A stretch of DNA of 64,000 nucleotides from Candidatus Saccharimonadales bacterium. Its GTDB lineage: Bacteria; Patescibacteriota; Saccharimonadia; Saccharimonadales; 2-12-FULL-41-12. Made by a program: the position numbers and the translations under genes. The notes under the pieces are model-generated. The model was given only the letters and a program-made list of their open reading frames with translations, was not told the DNA's origin and did no database searches. The stretch is taken from the NCBI GenBank assembly GCA_041600715.1, contig JBFIJM010000001.1:64387-128386 (forward strand), written 5' to 3'. Shown in pieces: positions 38,052-47,206 of the stretch. Numbering within the stretch: the first letter of the stretch is position 1; every line of letters starts with the position of its first letter.

Positions 38052-38420
38052 ATGGCCACGGTAGACTACTTCGAAAGAAAGCTTGACGATAAACGGCGGT
38101 TAACCATACCGACCGAACTTCGTGACAAGCTCGCAAACGGGGTAGTGATTACCAGAGGCTTTGGAGAATACTTGCATCTATACCCAAAAGACGTATGGGT
38201 TGAGCAAGTAGAACCAAAGCTTGTAGGCGATATTCTCGATGAGCACATCGCGGATCTGAATGTTCAGTTCCGGATGGGTAAAGTCGAGGGCAAGTTAGAT
38301 GATAAGCAAGGGAGAATCACTCTCGAGCAACACCATCTAACCTATGCAGGTATTGACCGTGACGTTGTTGCAATCGGAGTAGGGCAGTATTGGCGAATAA
38401 TCGCCAAGGAACGTGCTTAG
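38052..38420 (+). CDS. mraZ: transcriptional regulator MraZ (short form)
   Basis: Two DxxxR-type repeats (LDDKRRLTIP, LDDKQGRITL); first gene of the dcw cluster. Confidence 0.85.
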   Translation: MATVDYFERKLDDKRRLTIPTELRDKLANGVVITRGFGEYLHLYPKDVWVEQVEPKLVGDILDEHIADLNVQFRMGKVEGKLDDKQGRITLEQHHLTYAGIDRDVVAIGVGQYWRIIAKERA

Positions 38421-38473
38421 TCAATCCTTTTCGTGTAGACGTTCTTTAAAAATTTATTAGCGTCAAGGCAGTG

Positions 38474-38740
38474 ACAAGGTCAGCTATCTGGCAATCAGTA
38501 TGTGGTCTTAGGGATAACCACGAGATAAAACCCTCGTACCTTTTTTAAAACACCTCCCAAAACTCCACCTCACACATAAGTCTCTAAAAACTTAGAACTC
38601 GTAACCCTATATAGATGACAAGTGTTTATCGTTCAATTTAATAATTGATAGAATAACAAACACTTGAATCATCAGGGATACAAACAAAAACAAAAACAAC
38701 CCAAAAAATAAAAAACTGATTGCCAGATAGGTGACCTTGT
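38474..38740. repeat. 267-bp element bounded by 25-bp near-perfect inverted repeats (MITE-like or long-stem RNA)
   Basis: ACAAGGTCAGCTATCTGGCAATCAG (38474-38498) vs CTGATTGCCAGATAGGTGACCTTGT (38716-38740), 24/25 complementary. Internal hairpin 38619-38666. Confidence 0.6.
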
Positions 38741-38765
38741 ACATAAACAAAAATTAAAAACAAAA

Positions 38766-39662
38766 ATGCGTACAATAAGAAGGTTACCTATGACTGACGA
38801 ACTACACAAACCAGTTTTACTCAATGAAGTAATAACGCTATTGCAACCACAGAAAGGTCAAGATTATCTTGACCTAACTGCTGGTTATGGTGGGCACTCA
38901 GTCGAGATACTATCTCGTCTGGGGACTACCGGCAGTGCAACTCTCGTTGACCGTGATTCTTTGGCAATCCAGCATCTAGAGAATCGTTTTAAGAACGATG
39001 ACAGGGTTCGGATTATAAAAAGTGATTATGAATCTGCGAGTAAAAAACTCACACAGAGTAAACAAAAGTTTGATTGTATTTTGGCAGACATAGGAGTGTC
39101 GTCACCGCACCTTGACAATTCAGACCGTGGTTTTTCGTTCATGAACGATGGACCGCTAGACATGCGTATGGATAACGTATCAGGTGCAATTGCGTCGGAT
39201 ATAGTTAATACATATGAGGAAGATCGGCTCGCAGATGTGCTTTATAAGTACGGAGAACTGCATAATAGTCGCTATCTTGCTCGTAGCATTGTCCAGCATC
39301 GTCCGTTCGCTACTACTCACGAACTAGCCTCGGTCATAAACGGTACTCACAAGCAACGTATGAGGCTAAGAGCTCAGGTTTTTCAAGCACTTCGCATCGA
39401 AGTGAACGATGAACTTGGTCAGCTTGAACGAAGCTTGTCGCTGTGGCTTAATCTCCTAAAACCAGGAGGTCGTCTCGGCGTAATCACATTCCATAGCCTA
39501 GAGGATAGGATTGTAAAACAATTCATTCGCGAGCATGGAGGAGGGACCTTAGATAGCGAACTCATTTCGCTTACTAAAAAACCAGTGGTTGGTGCCAAAA
39601 CTGAAGTTGTTTTTAATCCGCGTGCTCGAAGTGCAAAACTTCGAGTATTGCAGCGAAAATAA
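38766..39662 (+). CDS. rsmH: 16S rRNA (cytosine1402-N4)-methyltransferase
   Basis: HKPVLLNEV, LDLTAGYGGHS, ILADIGVSSPHLD, ITFHSLEDRIVK. Alternative start ATG 38790. Confidence 0.93.
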   Translation: MRTIRRLPMTDELHKPVLLNEVITLLQPQKGQDYLDLTAGYGGHSVEILSRLGTTGSATLVDRDSLAIQHLENRFKNDDRVRIIKSDYESASKKLTQSKQKFDCILADIGVSSPHLDNSDRGFSFMNDGPLDMRMDNVSGAIASDIVNTYEEDRLADVLYKYGELHNSRYLARSIVQHRPFATTHELASVINGTHKQRMRLRAQVFQALRIEVNDELGQLERSLSLWLNLLKPGGRLGVITFHSLEDRIVKQFIREHGGGTLDSELISLTKKPVVGAKTEVVFNPRARSAKLRVLQRK

Positions 39663-39676
39663 AAACAAAAAAGAAA

Positions 39677-39812
39677 GGGGGATGTTCATGCCTATTCAGG
39701 TTAAAAGCAGCTCCCGCGCCTATAAAGTACATGTAAAAGTTGTTTAGATAACTTTTACATCCTTTAAAGGACCGTTTCCGGAGACGGTTATCCGTCTCCG
39801 GAAAGAAATAAA
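39677..39812. repeat. hairpin cassette flanked by 18-nt direct repeats between rsmH and ftsL
   Basis: Direct repeat ATAAAAACAAAAAAGAAA at 39659-39676 and 39813-39830. 11-bp perfect hairpin 39731-39760 and 13-bp perfect GC-rich hairpin 39775-39804. Confidence 0.55.
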
Positions 39813-39837
39813 ATAAAAACAAAAAAGAAAAGACTAT

Positions 39838-40182
39838 ATGACATATTCAAGTTCACTGGCGATGAGTCGTAGACGATTTGCGTCAAGACATCAAAATGCT
39901 GTCACTTTTCAGGAACAGGCAAAAAGCCTGGGTCCTGTTAGTAATACGATTATGCTCGTGGTGTTAAGCTGTTTATTAGGACTTTTGTACCTAACTCAGG
40001 TAACAAAGACAAACGCCAATGGCTACACACTGGATAGTTTGCAGAAGGAACAAACAGCTTTGAGGCATGAAAACGAAGAGCTTGAGTTAACCGCTGCAAG
40101 GCTTCAATCACTTGATCGTGTTTCTAGTAGCCCTGTAAACCAGAGCCTAGTGTCCGTAGCTCCTACAGCTACAGTGCAGTAA
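39838..40182 (+). CDS. ftsL: FtsL-like cell division protein
   Basis: 114 aa, single TM (IMLVVLSCLLGLLYL) then a short coiled coil; canonical position between rsmH and ftsI. Confidence 0.6.
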   Translation: MTYSSSLAMSRRRFASRHQNAVTFQEQAKSLGPVSNTIMLVVLSCLLGLLYLTQVTKTNANGYTLDSLQKEQTALRHENEELELTAARLQSLDRVSSSPVNQSLVSVAPTATVQ

Positions 40183-40214
40183 AACTATTCATTGCTAGAT
40201 AAAGATAGGCAATA

Positions 40215-41951
40215 ATGCGACCAAGAGCAACCGATACTACAATTCAATTCCACACTTCTCGTTTCAGATTTTGGTACGGGTTACTCTTAATAATATTCGC
40301 GGTTTTTTTAATTCGATTATTTTATATACAAATCATTCAACATGATTACTATAGATCTTCTGCTCTTGCTGGTCAGCTTAAAGAATATGAAATTCCAGCC
40401 GAACGGGGCGTAATAGTTGCACATGACGGCAACCAACTTGTTCCTATTGTATTAAATGAAGAAGTATTTACAGTTTTTGCAGATCCTAAGTACATAACTG
40501 ACCCAAGGGACGCCTCAGATCGGTTAGAGCAAATTATTGGTGGTGACCGGTCCAAATATGAAGAGTTAATGGAAGCCGACAGTAGGTACTCGGTACTGGC
40601 TAAAAAAGTTGACAAGAAAACTGCTAAACGTATTGACGATCTCGATATCAAGGGACTCGGAACACGAGCTTCTTCTCAGCGTACATATCCGCAAGGTGCC
40701 CTTGGAGCTCAGTTGCTTGGTTTTGTTGACGACGAAGGTAAGGGTAAGTACGGTGTTGAACAATTCCTTGATGAGCAGTTACGCGGAAAACCTGGAGAAA
40801 TAAAAGCTATTACAGATGCCCAAGGCGTGCCTTTAGTAGCTAACAATGATAATGTTTTGCTGAGTCCAGAACAAGGTAAAAGAGTAACTTTGACTATCGA
40901 TATCTCTATGCAACGAAGGCTAGAGGATGCGTTAAAGACACACCTAGAAGAAGTTAGGTCACCTTCAGGGAGTGTGATTGTGATGGACCCTAAGACGGGT
41001 GCAGTAAAGGCTAGCGCTAACTTTCCGACTTATAACCCAGGCGAGTTCTCTAAGGTAGAGGACGCAAGCGTTTTTAACAACTCTGCTGTCAGTGAGCCAA
41101 TGGAGGTGGGCTCAGTCATGAAAACGCTCACAGTCGCTGCTGGGCTTAATGAAGGGGTAATAGGACCGGGGACAACTTATTATGACCCGTCATTCTTTAA
41201 GATAGGCGACGCAACAGTGCGTAACGTAGAGGAGGACGGGGGTGCGGCGACAAGAAGCGTCCCGGATATTCTTCGCTACTCCCTTAATACTGGTGCTACC
41301 TGGGTTTTGATGCAGTTAGGCGGAGGAGAGCTAAACGAACAGGGACGAAAGAAATGGCATGATTATATGGTAAATCATTATCAGTTTGGGAAACCGACTG
41401 GTATTGAACAAGGATATGAAGCAGATGGGTTCATACCAAGCCCTACAGAAGGATTCGGGCTTGATATTCAGTATGCAAATACTACATTTGGTCAAGGCAC
41501 GAGCATCACGCCGATACAAATGATATCTGCTTTCGCGTCTACTATAAACGGGGGTACATACTATCGTCCACATTTGGTTGATTCTGACGATAAAGAATCT
41601 CAGATCATAAGAGAAAATGTAGTTAGCCCAGAAGTGTCGACTGCGCTACGAGATATGCATGAAAATTCTGTCGCACAAAATTACCGAACATTGAAAAGGG
41701 AAGGTTATAGAGTAGGCGGGAAGACCGGTACAGCTGAAGTTCCACGCCCTGAAGGTGGTTATTATGATGACCGTTATAACGGTACGTTCGTAGGCTATGT
41801 AGGGGGAGATGCACCAGAATATGTGATCATGGTGAGGGTAAATGTGCCTAAAGTGGGCGGGTACGCTGGCACTACAGCTGCAGCGCCTATGTTTGCCAAA
41901 ACAATCGATATGCTGATAGGTAACTATGCTGTTAATCGAATCTCAAATTGA
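40215..41951 (+). CDS. ftsI: class B penicillin-binding protein (FtsI/PBP2-type transpeptidase)
   Basis: N-terminal TM, SVMK (SxxK), SLN (SxN), KTGT motifs. Confidence 0.9.
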   Translation: MRPRATDTTIQFHTSRFRFWYGLLLIIFAVFLIRLFYIQIIQHDYYRSSALAGQLKEYEIPAERGVIVAHDGNQLVPIVLNEEVFTVFADPKYITDPRDASDRLEQIIGGDRSKYEELMEADSRYSVLAKKVDKKTAKRIDDLDIKGLGTRASSQRTYPQGALGAQLLGFVDDEGKGKYGVEQFLDEQLRGKPGEIKAITDAQGVPLVANNDNVLLSPEQGKRVTLTIDISMQRRLEDALKTHLEEVRSPSGSVIVMDPKTGAVKASANFPTYNPGEFSKVEDASVFNNSAVSEPMEVGSVMKTLTVAAGLNEGVIGPGTTYYDPSFFKIGDATVRNVEEDGGAATRSVPDILRYSLNTGATWVLMQLGGGELNEQGRKKWHDYMVNHYQFGKPTGIEQGYEADGFIPSPTEGFGLDIQYANTTFGQGTSITPIQMISAFASTINGGTYYRPHLVDSDDKESQIIRENVVSPEVSTALRDMHENSVAQNYRTLKREGYRVGGKTGTAEVPRPEGGYYDDRYNGTFVGYVGGDAPEYVIMVRVNVPKVGGYAGTTAAAPMFAKTIDMLIGNYAVNRISN

Positions 41952-42034
41952 GTTGTTAATACCTGTTAAGGAATGGTTAATTTCAGGTCTATAAGGTATA
42001 CTATTAATACTGATATATAATAAACAAACACCTT

Positions 42035-43081
42035 ATGATAAATACATTTAATCTGACATTTCAGACCTCCGAACTCGTCGCAATTCTTGTTTTTGCATTT
42101 CTTGGGTTTAGTGTAAGTATGTTGATTACTCCTTTATATACCACCTTAGCCTATAAAGGGCAGTGGTGGAAAAAGCCACGAAGTAATACTGTCACAGGCG
42201 AAGTTGCTAAGGTATTTAACCGACTTCATGGAGAAAAACACCGTCGTAACATACCAACTATGGCAGGCATTGTATTTCTGGTAGCTGTCACGGTGGTAAC
42301 TTTATGCTTTAATCTGGGAAGAGAAGAAACATGGTTACCTTTAGCGGCTTTTGTTGGAGCTGGTATGATCGGGCTTATAGATGACATAATCAATATTAGA
42401 GGGAGTGGTGCAGGGGTTGCTGGGCTTCCTTCTAAGCTTAAATTACTGCTTATAAGCTTTGTGGCTCTCATTGGGGGAATATATTTCTTTGCCAAGCTCG
42501 ATGTAACCAGCATTTTTGTGCCAGCTATAGGTGATTTATATATAGGGTGGTTGATAATACCACTTTTTGTTTTAGTGGTGATTAGCACTGCCAACGCCGT
42601 AAATATTACAGATGGTTTAGATGGCCTTGCAGGGGGTCTAGCGGCTATTGCTTTTGCAAACTATGCGCTAATAGCTTTCTTGCAAGAAAGATTCGGTGTG
42701 GCGGGATTTTGTTTAACTATCGTCGGAGCCCTGCTTAGCTATACTTGGTTTAATATATATCCAGCTCGGTTCTTTATGGGTGATGTTGGCTCGTTCTGCC
42801 TTGGAACTGCTCTAGGAGTAGTCGCAATGATAACCGACACAATGGTGTTGCTCCCGATCATCGGAGCAGTGTTTGTCGTTGAGGCAGGTTCTAGTTTAGT
42901 GCAGATATTGTCCAAGAAGCTACGTGGTGGCAAAAGGATATTTAAGATCGCTCCAATACATCATCACTTTGAAGCTTCTGGTTGGCCCGAAACTAAAGTA
43001 ACTATGCGGTTCTGGGTTCTCGGGCAGGTGAGTGGCTTTGTAGGCCTCGCACTATTCTTGCTCGGGGGCTTCAATGTATAA
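42035..43081 (+). CDS. mraY: phospho-N-acetylmuramoyl-pentapeptide transferase
   Basis: NAVNITDGLDGLAGG, FMGDVGS, PIHHHFE. Confidence 0.95.
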   Translation: MINTFNLTFQTSELVAILVFAFLGFSVSMLITPLYTTLAYKGQWWKKPRSNTVTGEVAKVFNRLHGEKHRRNIPTMAGIVFLVAVTVVTLCFNLGREETWLPLAAFVGAGMIGLIDDIINIRGSGAGVAGLPSKLKLLLISFVALIGGIYFFAKLDVTSIFVPAIGDLYIGWLIIPLFVLVVISTANAVNITDGLDGLAGGLAAIAFANYALIAFLQERFGVAGFCLTIVGALLSYTWFNIYPARFFMGDVGSFCLGTALGVVAMITDTMVLLPIIGAVFVVEAGSSLVQILSKKLRGGKRIFKIAPIHHHFEASGWPETKVTMRFWVLGQVSGFVGLALFLLGGFNV

Positions 43082-44363
43082 ACAGAAAAACAACGTAGCA
43101 TTACAGTCACGGCGTGCTCAATCGTCTTCAAGTCTTTCTTCTCAAAGTTTCTCACGTCGTCATCGTCCAGACTATTTATTAATTATCTTAGCCTTATTGC
43201 TTAGTGTAATCGGTCTTATTGTCGTTTATGCAATCAGTCCTGGGCTTGCAGCTACAAGAGATGAGTCAGCAAGTTACTTTGTCATAAAACAAGCTATTGC
43301 AGTTGGCCTAGGGCTGGTAGCATTTGCTATATTTAGTTTTATTTCTACTAATGTAATCGCAAGATTACGAAACATTCTCGTTGGCCTAAGTTTATTTGGC
43401 GCGCTGATTGTGCAAATTTTTGGGGAAGAAGTAAATGGTGCTTATAGATGGATACAGATTGGAGGGTTCTCTTTTCAGATAGCCGAATTAATCAAGTTTG
43501 CCATAGTAGTATGGGTTGCAAGTTTTCTAGTTGAACGTTTACGAAAGGGTGAGATAAACGACGACAGGCAAACCCTAAGGCCTTTACTAATATTAATAGC
43601 TGTAGTTGGTCTTATAGTTGCAAAAATGGAAAGCGATCTTGGTTCTACCGGTGTAATGATAGCAATAATTGGCGTAATGGCATTTGTCGCTGGTCTCCCA
43701 TTAAGAAAAATTAGCCTGATACTCGGAATAATTGTAATTGGAACCACTCTTGCTATAACAACATCAGAATATCGTCGTGATCGAGTGTCTACCTTCCTTA
43801 ATCCTACTAGTGATTGCCAGGACGCTGGATACCAGTCATGCCAGGCACTTATAGCGGTTGGAAGTGGAGGAGTGTTCGGCAGGGGATTAGGAAACAGTGT
43901 TCAGGCATACGGTTATCTTCCGGAAGCTGCTAATGATTCGATCTTTGCAATACTGGCAGAAAAATTTGGCTTCTTAGGTGTCAGTATTGTGATTGGATTG
44001 TATGTTGCATTATTTTCTAGGCTGAAACGCGTCATAGAACGTACCGCAGAACCCTTTGCTCGTCTATTTGTAATAGGTGTTTTAGCGTGGTTGAGCACTC
44101 AAGCTATGATTAATATCGGAGCAATGATCGGGTTATTGCCACTCAAAGGTATCACACTACCATTTATAAGTTACGGCGGTACGAGTATAGTGTTTGTAAT
44201 GGCTGCTCTCGGGATGGTTTTTCAGATATCGCGCTATACTAACTTTGAGCCGATTAGAAGCACTAAAATTGTAAAGGATCAGAACAATGAAAACTTACGT
44301 TCTGTGCGGGGGCGGGTCAGGCGGACACATTACGCCTCTTCTAGCCGTAGCGCGCGAGCTTAA
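43074..44363 (+). CDS. ftsW: SEDS-family peptidoglycan polymerase FtsW
   Basis: Ten-TM SEDS pattern, LPLKGITLPFISYGGTS. The 3' end overlaps murG by 77 nt. Confidence 0.9.
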   Translation: MYKQKNNVALQSRRAQSSSSLSSQSFSRRHRPDYLLIILALLLSVIGLIVVYAISPGLAATRDESASYFVIKQAIAVGLGLVAFAIFSFISTNVIARLRNILVGLSLFGALIVQIFGEEVNGAYRWIQIGGFSFQIAELIKFAIVVWVASFLVERLRKGEINDDRQTLRPLLILIAVVGLIVAKMESDLGSTGVMIAIIGVMAFVAGLPLRKISLILGIIVIGTTLAITTSEYRRDRVSTFLNPTSDCQDAGYQSCQALIAVGSGGVFGRGLGNSVQAYGYLPEAANDSIFAILAEKFGFLGVSIVIGLYVALFSRLKRVIERTAEPFARLFVIGVLAWLSTQAMINIGAMIGLLPLKGITLPFISYGGTSIVFVMAALGMVFQISRYTNFEPIRSTKIVKDQNNENLRSVRGRVRRTHYASSSRSARA

Positions 44364-45447
44364 AGCTACAGACCCTCATTCGAAGATAGTGTATATCGGA
44401 GAAAAGAATGGTAAGTTCAGTTATCTTGCTGAAGGATCTCGTGTATTCGATGAACTTCATTATATAAATGCTGGTAAAATACGTCGCTACCACGGGGAAT
44501 CACCCTTACGTAAGTTAACCGACATCAAAACAATTGCACTTAACATACGAGATATTGTGCAAATGTTAAGAGGTACTTTGCAGTCGATTATATTGTTCAG
44601 GCGTCTTCATGCTAATGGTCTGCTCCTCAAGGGAGGATATGTTTGTGTGCCGGTTAGTTTTGGTGCCCGATTTGCAAAGGTGCCTATGATAACACACGAC
44701 TCAGATGCCATGCCTGGACTATCAAATCGCATTGCTTCTCGTTTTGCCAAATATCATGCGACTGCAATGCCGGCTAAATATTATAGATACCCCAGTGCCA
44801 GCGTAAAGCATGTCGGTTTGCCAGTCGATCTTAAATTGTTTAGGAAATATTCAGAATCAGAAAAGCGATTATTGAGAGAAAAATTCGAAATAAGTGCCGA
44901 CAATACTGTATTACTAATAACCGGCGGCAGTAACGGTGCGCGACGGTTAAATCAGTGGTGTATTGAGTTGTTGCCAGAGTTACTAGATAAATACCCTAAA
45001 CTTAAGGTTATACATTTGGTTGGAGAGGGGAATGAGTCTCAGTATGACCAGGTACATCCAACCTACCTTGATCGTATTAACGTTCTGCCAAACACCAACG
45101 AAATGCATCACTTAATTGCGGTTAGTGACATCGTAGTAACTCGTGCTGGGGCGTCATCTCTTGTTGAGCTTGCTACACAGTCCAAAGCCTGTGTCATAGT
45201 CCCAAATCCTGATCTAAGTGGGGGTCACCAGCTAAAAAATGCAGTGGTATACAAAGATCAAGAAGCTGGCCTTGTTGTTCAAGAGAAGGATCTTAGTAAA
45301 AACAACGAAAATCTGAAATCATCTTTAACCATACTTATCGAGAATCCTGATACGAGAACTCGTATCGGGGAGAATCTTAGGTCGACGCTTCCTGAGAAAA
45401 GTTCTGCAACAGAACTTGCAAGACTCTTGCAGGGGTTGGCTTCATGA
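44287..45447 (+). CDS. murG: UDP-GlcNAc:lipid I GlcNAc transferase MurG
   Basis: CGGGSGGHITPLLAVAREL, ITGGSNGA, TRAGASSLVELA. Confidence 0.93.
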   Translation: MKTYVLCGGGSGGHITPLLAVARELKATDPHSKIVYIGEKNGKFSYLAEGSRVFDELHYINAGKIRRYHGESPLRKLTDIKTIALNIRDIVQMLRGTLQSIILFRRLHANGLLLKGGYVCVPVSFGARFAKVPMITHDSDAMPGLSNRIASRFAKYHATAMPAKYYRYPSASVKHVGLPVDLKLFRKYSESEKRLLREKFEISADNTVLLITGGSNGARRLNQWCIELLPELLDKYPKLKVIHLVGEGNESQYDQVHPTYLDRINVLPNTNEMHHLIAVSDIVVTRAGASSLVELATQSKACVIVPNPDLSGGHQLKNAVVYKDQEAGLVVQEKDLSKNNENLKSSLTILIENPDTRTRIGENLRSTLPEKSSATELARLLQGLAS

Positions 45448-46352
45448 GGCTAGGCAAGAAGAAGCAGGGTGCTAAAACATTACTCCGAAGCCCTAATCGA
45501 CAAAGAGCAAAACAGCAGGCATACCACTATAGTGCAAAGCGCTCCAGCTCTGATAGAGCATTTGATAGGACTATGATTACTGATAACCCCGCTTCTTCTG
45601 GATATCGGTCGTGGCCAGAAACAATCCTGTCCATATTTGGCGTTTTACTTTTCCTAGCTGGTGCTATATATGTTATGACGTTATCCACCAACGCACAGAT
45701 TAAAGTTAAAGATAACCGTAACTTACCTAATCAATCAGATGTTCAGAAGAAAGCAGATGCCATTTTAGGTAGTTCGCTTACTAATAGAAGTAAGTTCACA
45801 ATTGATACAAGGAAGTTTGAAGAAACCCTTTCGAGTGAATTCCCAGAGCTTAGCGACATACATCTTTCTATATCAATGTTGCGTCACAAGCCACTGGTTA
45901 CTATTCAAATAGCTAACCCAGCCCTGAGTATAGTTAGTGGCAATAAGGAGTATGTTGTTGGTGATGACGGGGTTGTTATGTACGATATTAACAACGTACC
46001 GAGCTCTAGCAAAACCCCTAAAGATCTCCCTGTAGTACAAGATCAATCATCCTTTGATATAGAGGTTGGTAAGCAGGTGCTAACTGTTTCTCAGATTAAA
46101 TTCATAGACGAGATCACTTATCAGTTATCCCAGAAAAATATTTCTACAGAAAGTATGATTATAAAGGGAGGTGGCGGGGAGTTACAGCTACGTCCTGGTG
46201 GGGAGCTATACTATGTAAGATTTAATTTTTTTGAAGATGCTATAAAATCAAGTGGAACATATCTAGCTGTCCGCGAGAAGCTCAAAGCCGATAATGTGGT
46301 TGTTTCAGAATATATAGATGTGCGCGTGCCAGAACGTGCCTATGTTAAATGA
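45444..46352 (+). CDS. ftsQ: FtsQ/DivIB-like cell division protein
   Basis: ATGA overlap with murG; basic N-terminus, single TM, extracytoplasmic POTRA-like domain; canonical position. Confidence 0.65.
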   Translation: MRLGKKKQGAKTLLRSPNRQRAKQQAYHYSAKRSSSDRAFDRTMITDNPASSGYRSWPETILSIFGVLLFLAGAIYVMTLSTNAQIKVKDNRNLPNQSDVQKKADAILGSSLTNRSKFTIDTRKFEETLSSEFPELSDIHLSISMLRHKPLVTIQIANPALSIVSGNKEYVVGDDGVVMYDINNVPSSSKTPKDLPVVQDQSSFDIEVGKQVLTVSQIKFIDEITYQLSQKNISTESMIIKGGGGELQLRPGGELYYVRFNFFEDAIKSSGTYLAVREKLKADNVVVSEYIDVRVPERAYVK

Positions 46353-46964
46353 AAGTACTATCACACTACCCTTGCTGTTCGTAAATTGTTCGTATAAAAG
46401 AAACTTCATGATTCTGGAGAAAAACATATAATACATACAAAAAAGGGGAATGTCAAAATTCTCGGGTTTTTTTCAGCAAGGCGGGGGAGTTCACAAAAAA
46501 TATATAATCCGTGAAAAAACGTGAAAATGCAAATCCACGTTGTGGAAAACTAAATAACGACATAGAATCAATTTAATAATTGAAAGTCTGCTTCAAAGAA
46601 AGGTGTTATGAGCCGATTCTTTAGCGTAAACTACGCAATTGTACCGTATATAGACTTCGGTAGTTCCCTGGCTAGGTGTGTCAGTATTCATTAAAACAGA
46701 ACATATACAAGTCGTAAAATATACATTGTGCGACGTTATGTCACAAGCGCTTTCATGCAGTTTTATTACTGCCCTATGCCTCACACTAAGTTTTAATTTT
46801 TAGTTCACTGCAATTTGTTGTTACTTATATAGTCTTGCCTGTATCGAAGCTTAAATAAAAAAGACCTACTGTTTACCGGTTTAATTAATAAACTTTATAA
46901 TAGTAACTATACTTTGTGTAGTTACTATTTATTTTCGAGCTTCATTAACTAAGGCTAGATATAT

Positions 46965-47204
46965 TTAGTTAATGGATCTGTCTTGGTTATTGTTTGGGTT
47001 CTCAAGAGCCTTTATAGCTCCTAAGAAAGCTATGCCTACACCTGTACTAACCCCAACCCTAGTTGTTATATCAGCCTTATAAAGTGCCAAATTAGTTATG
47101 AAGGAGTAAAGTAATGGTACCGCCACATACAATCCATTACTAGTTTCAGACTGTTCTGGGCTATTATGACTTTCCAGCCTGTCTGTTGGTTGCTGTTCGT
47201 GCAT
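46965..47204 (-). CDS. small hypothetical membrane protein (79 aa)
   Basis: ATG lies 2 nt after the stop of 47207..48232; two hydrophobic segments (LYVAVPLLYSFITNLALY, GVSTGVGIAFLGAI). Confidence 0.4.
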   Translation of the reverse strand: MHEQQPTDRLESHNSPEQSETSNGLYVAVPLLYSFITNLALYKADITTRVGVSTGVGIAFLGAIKALENPNNNQDRSIN

Positions 47205-47206
47205 TT

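Noticed and set aside
44287-44363. 77-nt overlap of ftsW and murG as a possible frameshift or pseudogene.
   Set aside because: Both ORFs are full length with all expected motifs. The overlap only involves the non-conserved basic FtsW tail, so I treat it as a genuine overlap (an alternative earlier FtsW end cannot be excluded).
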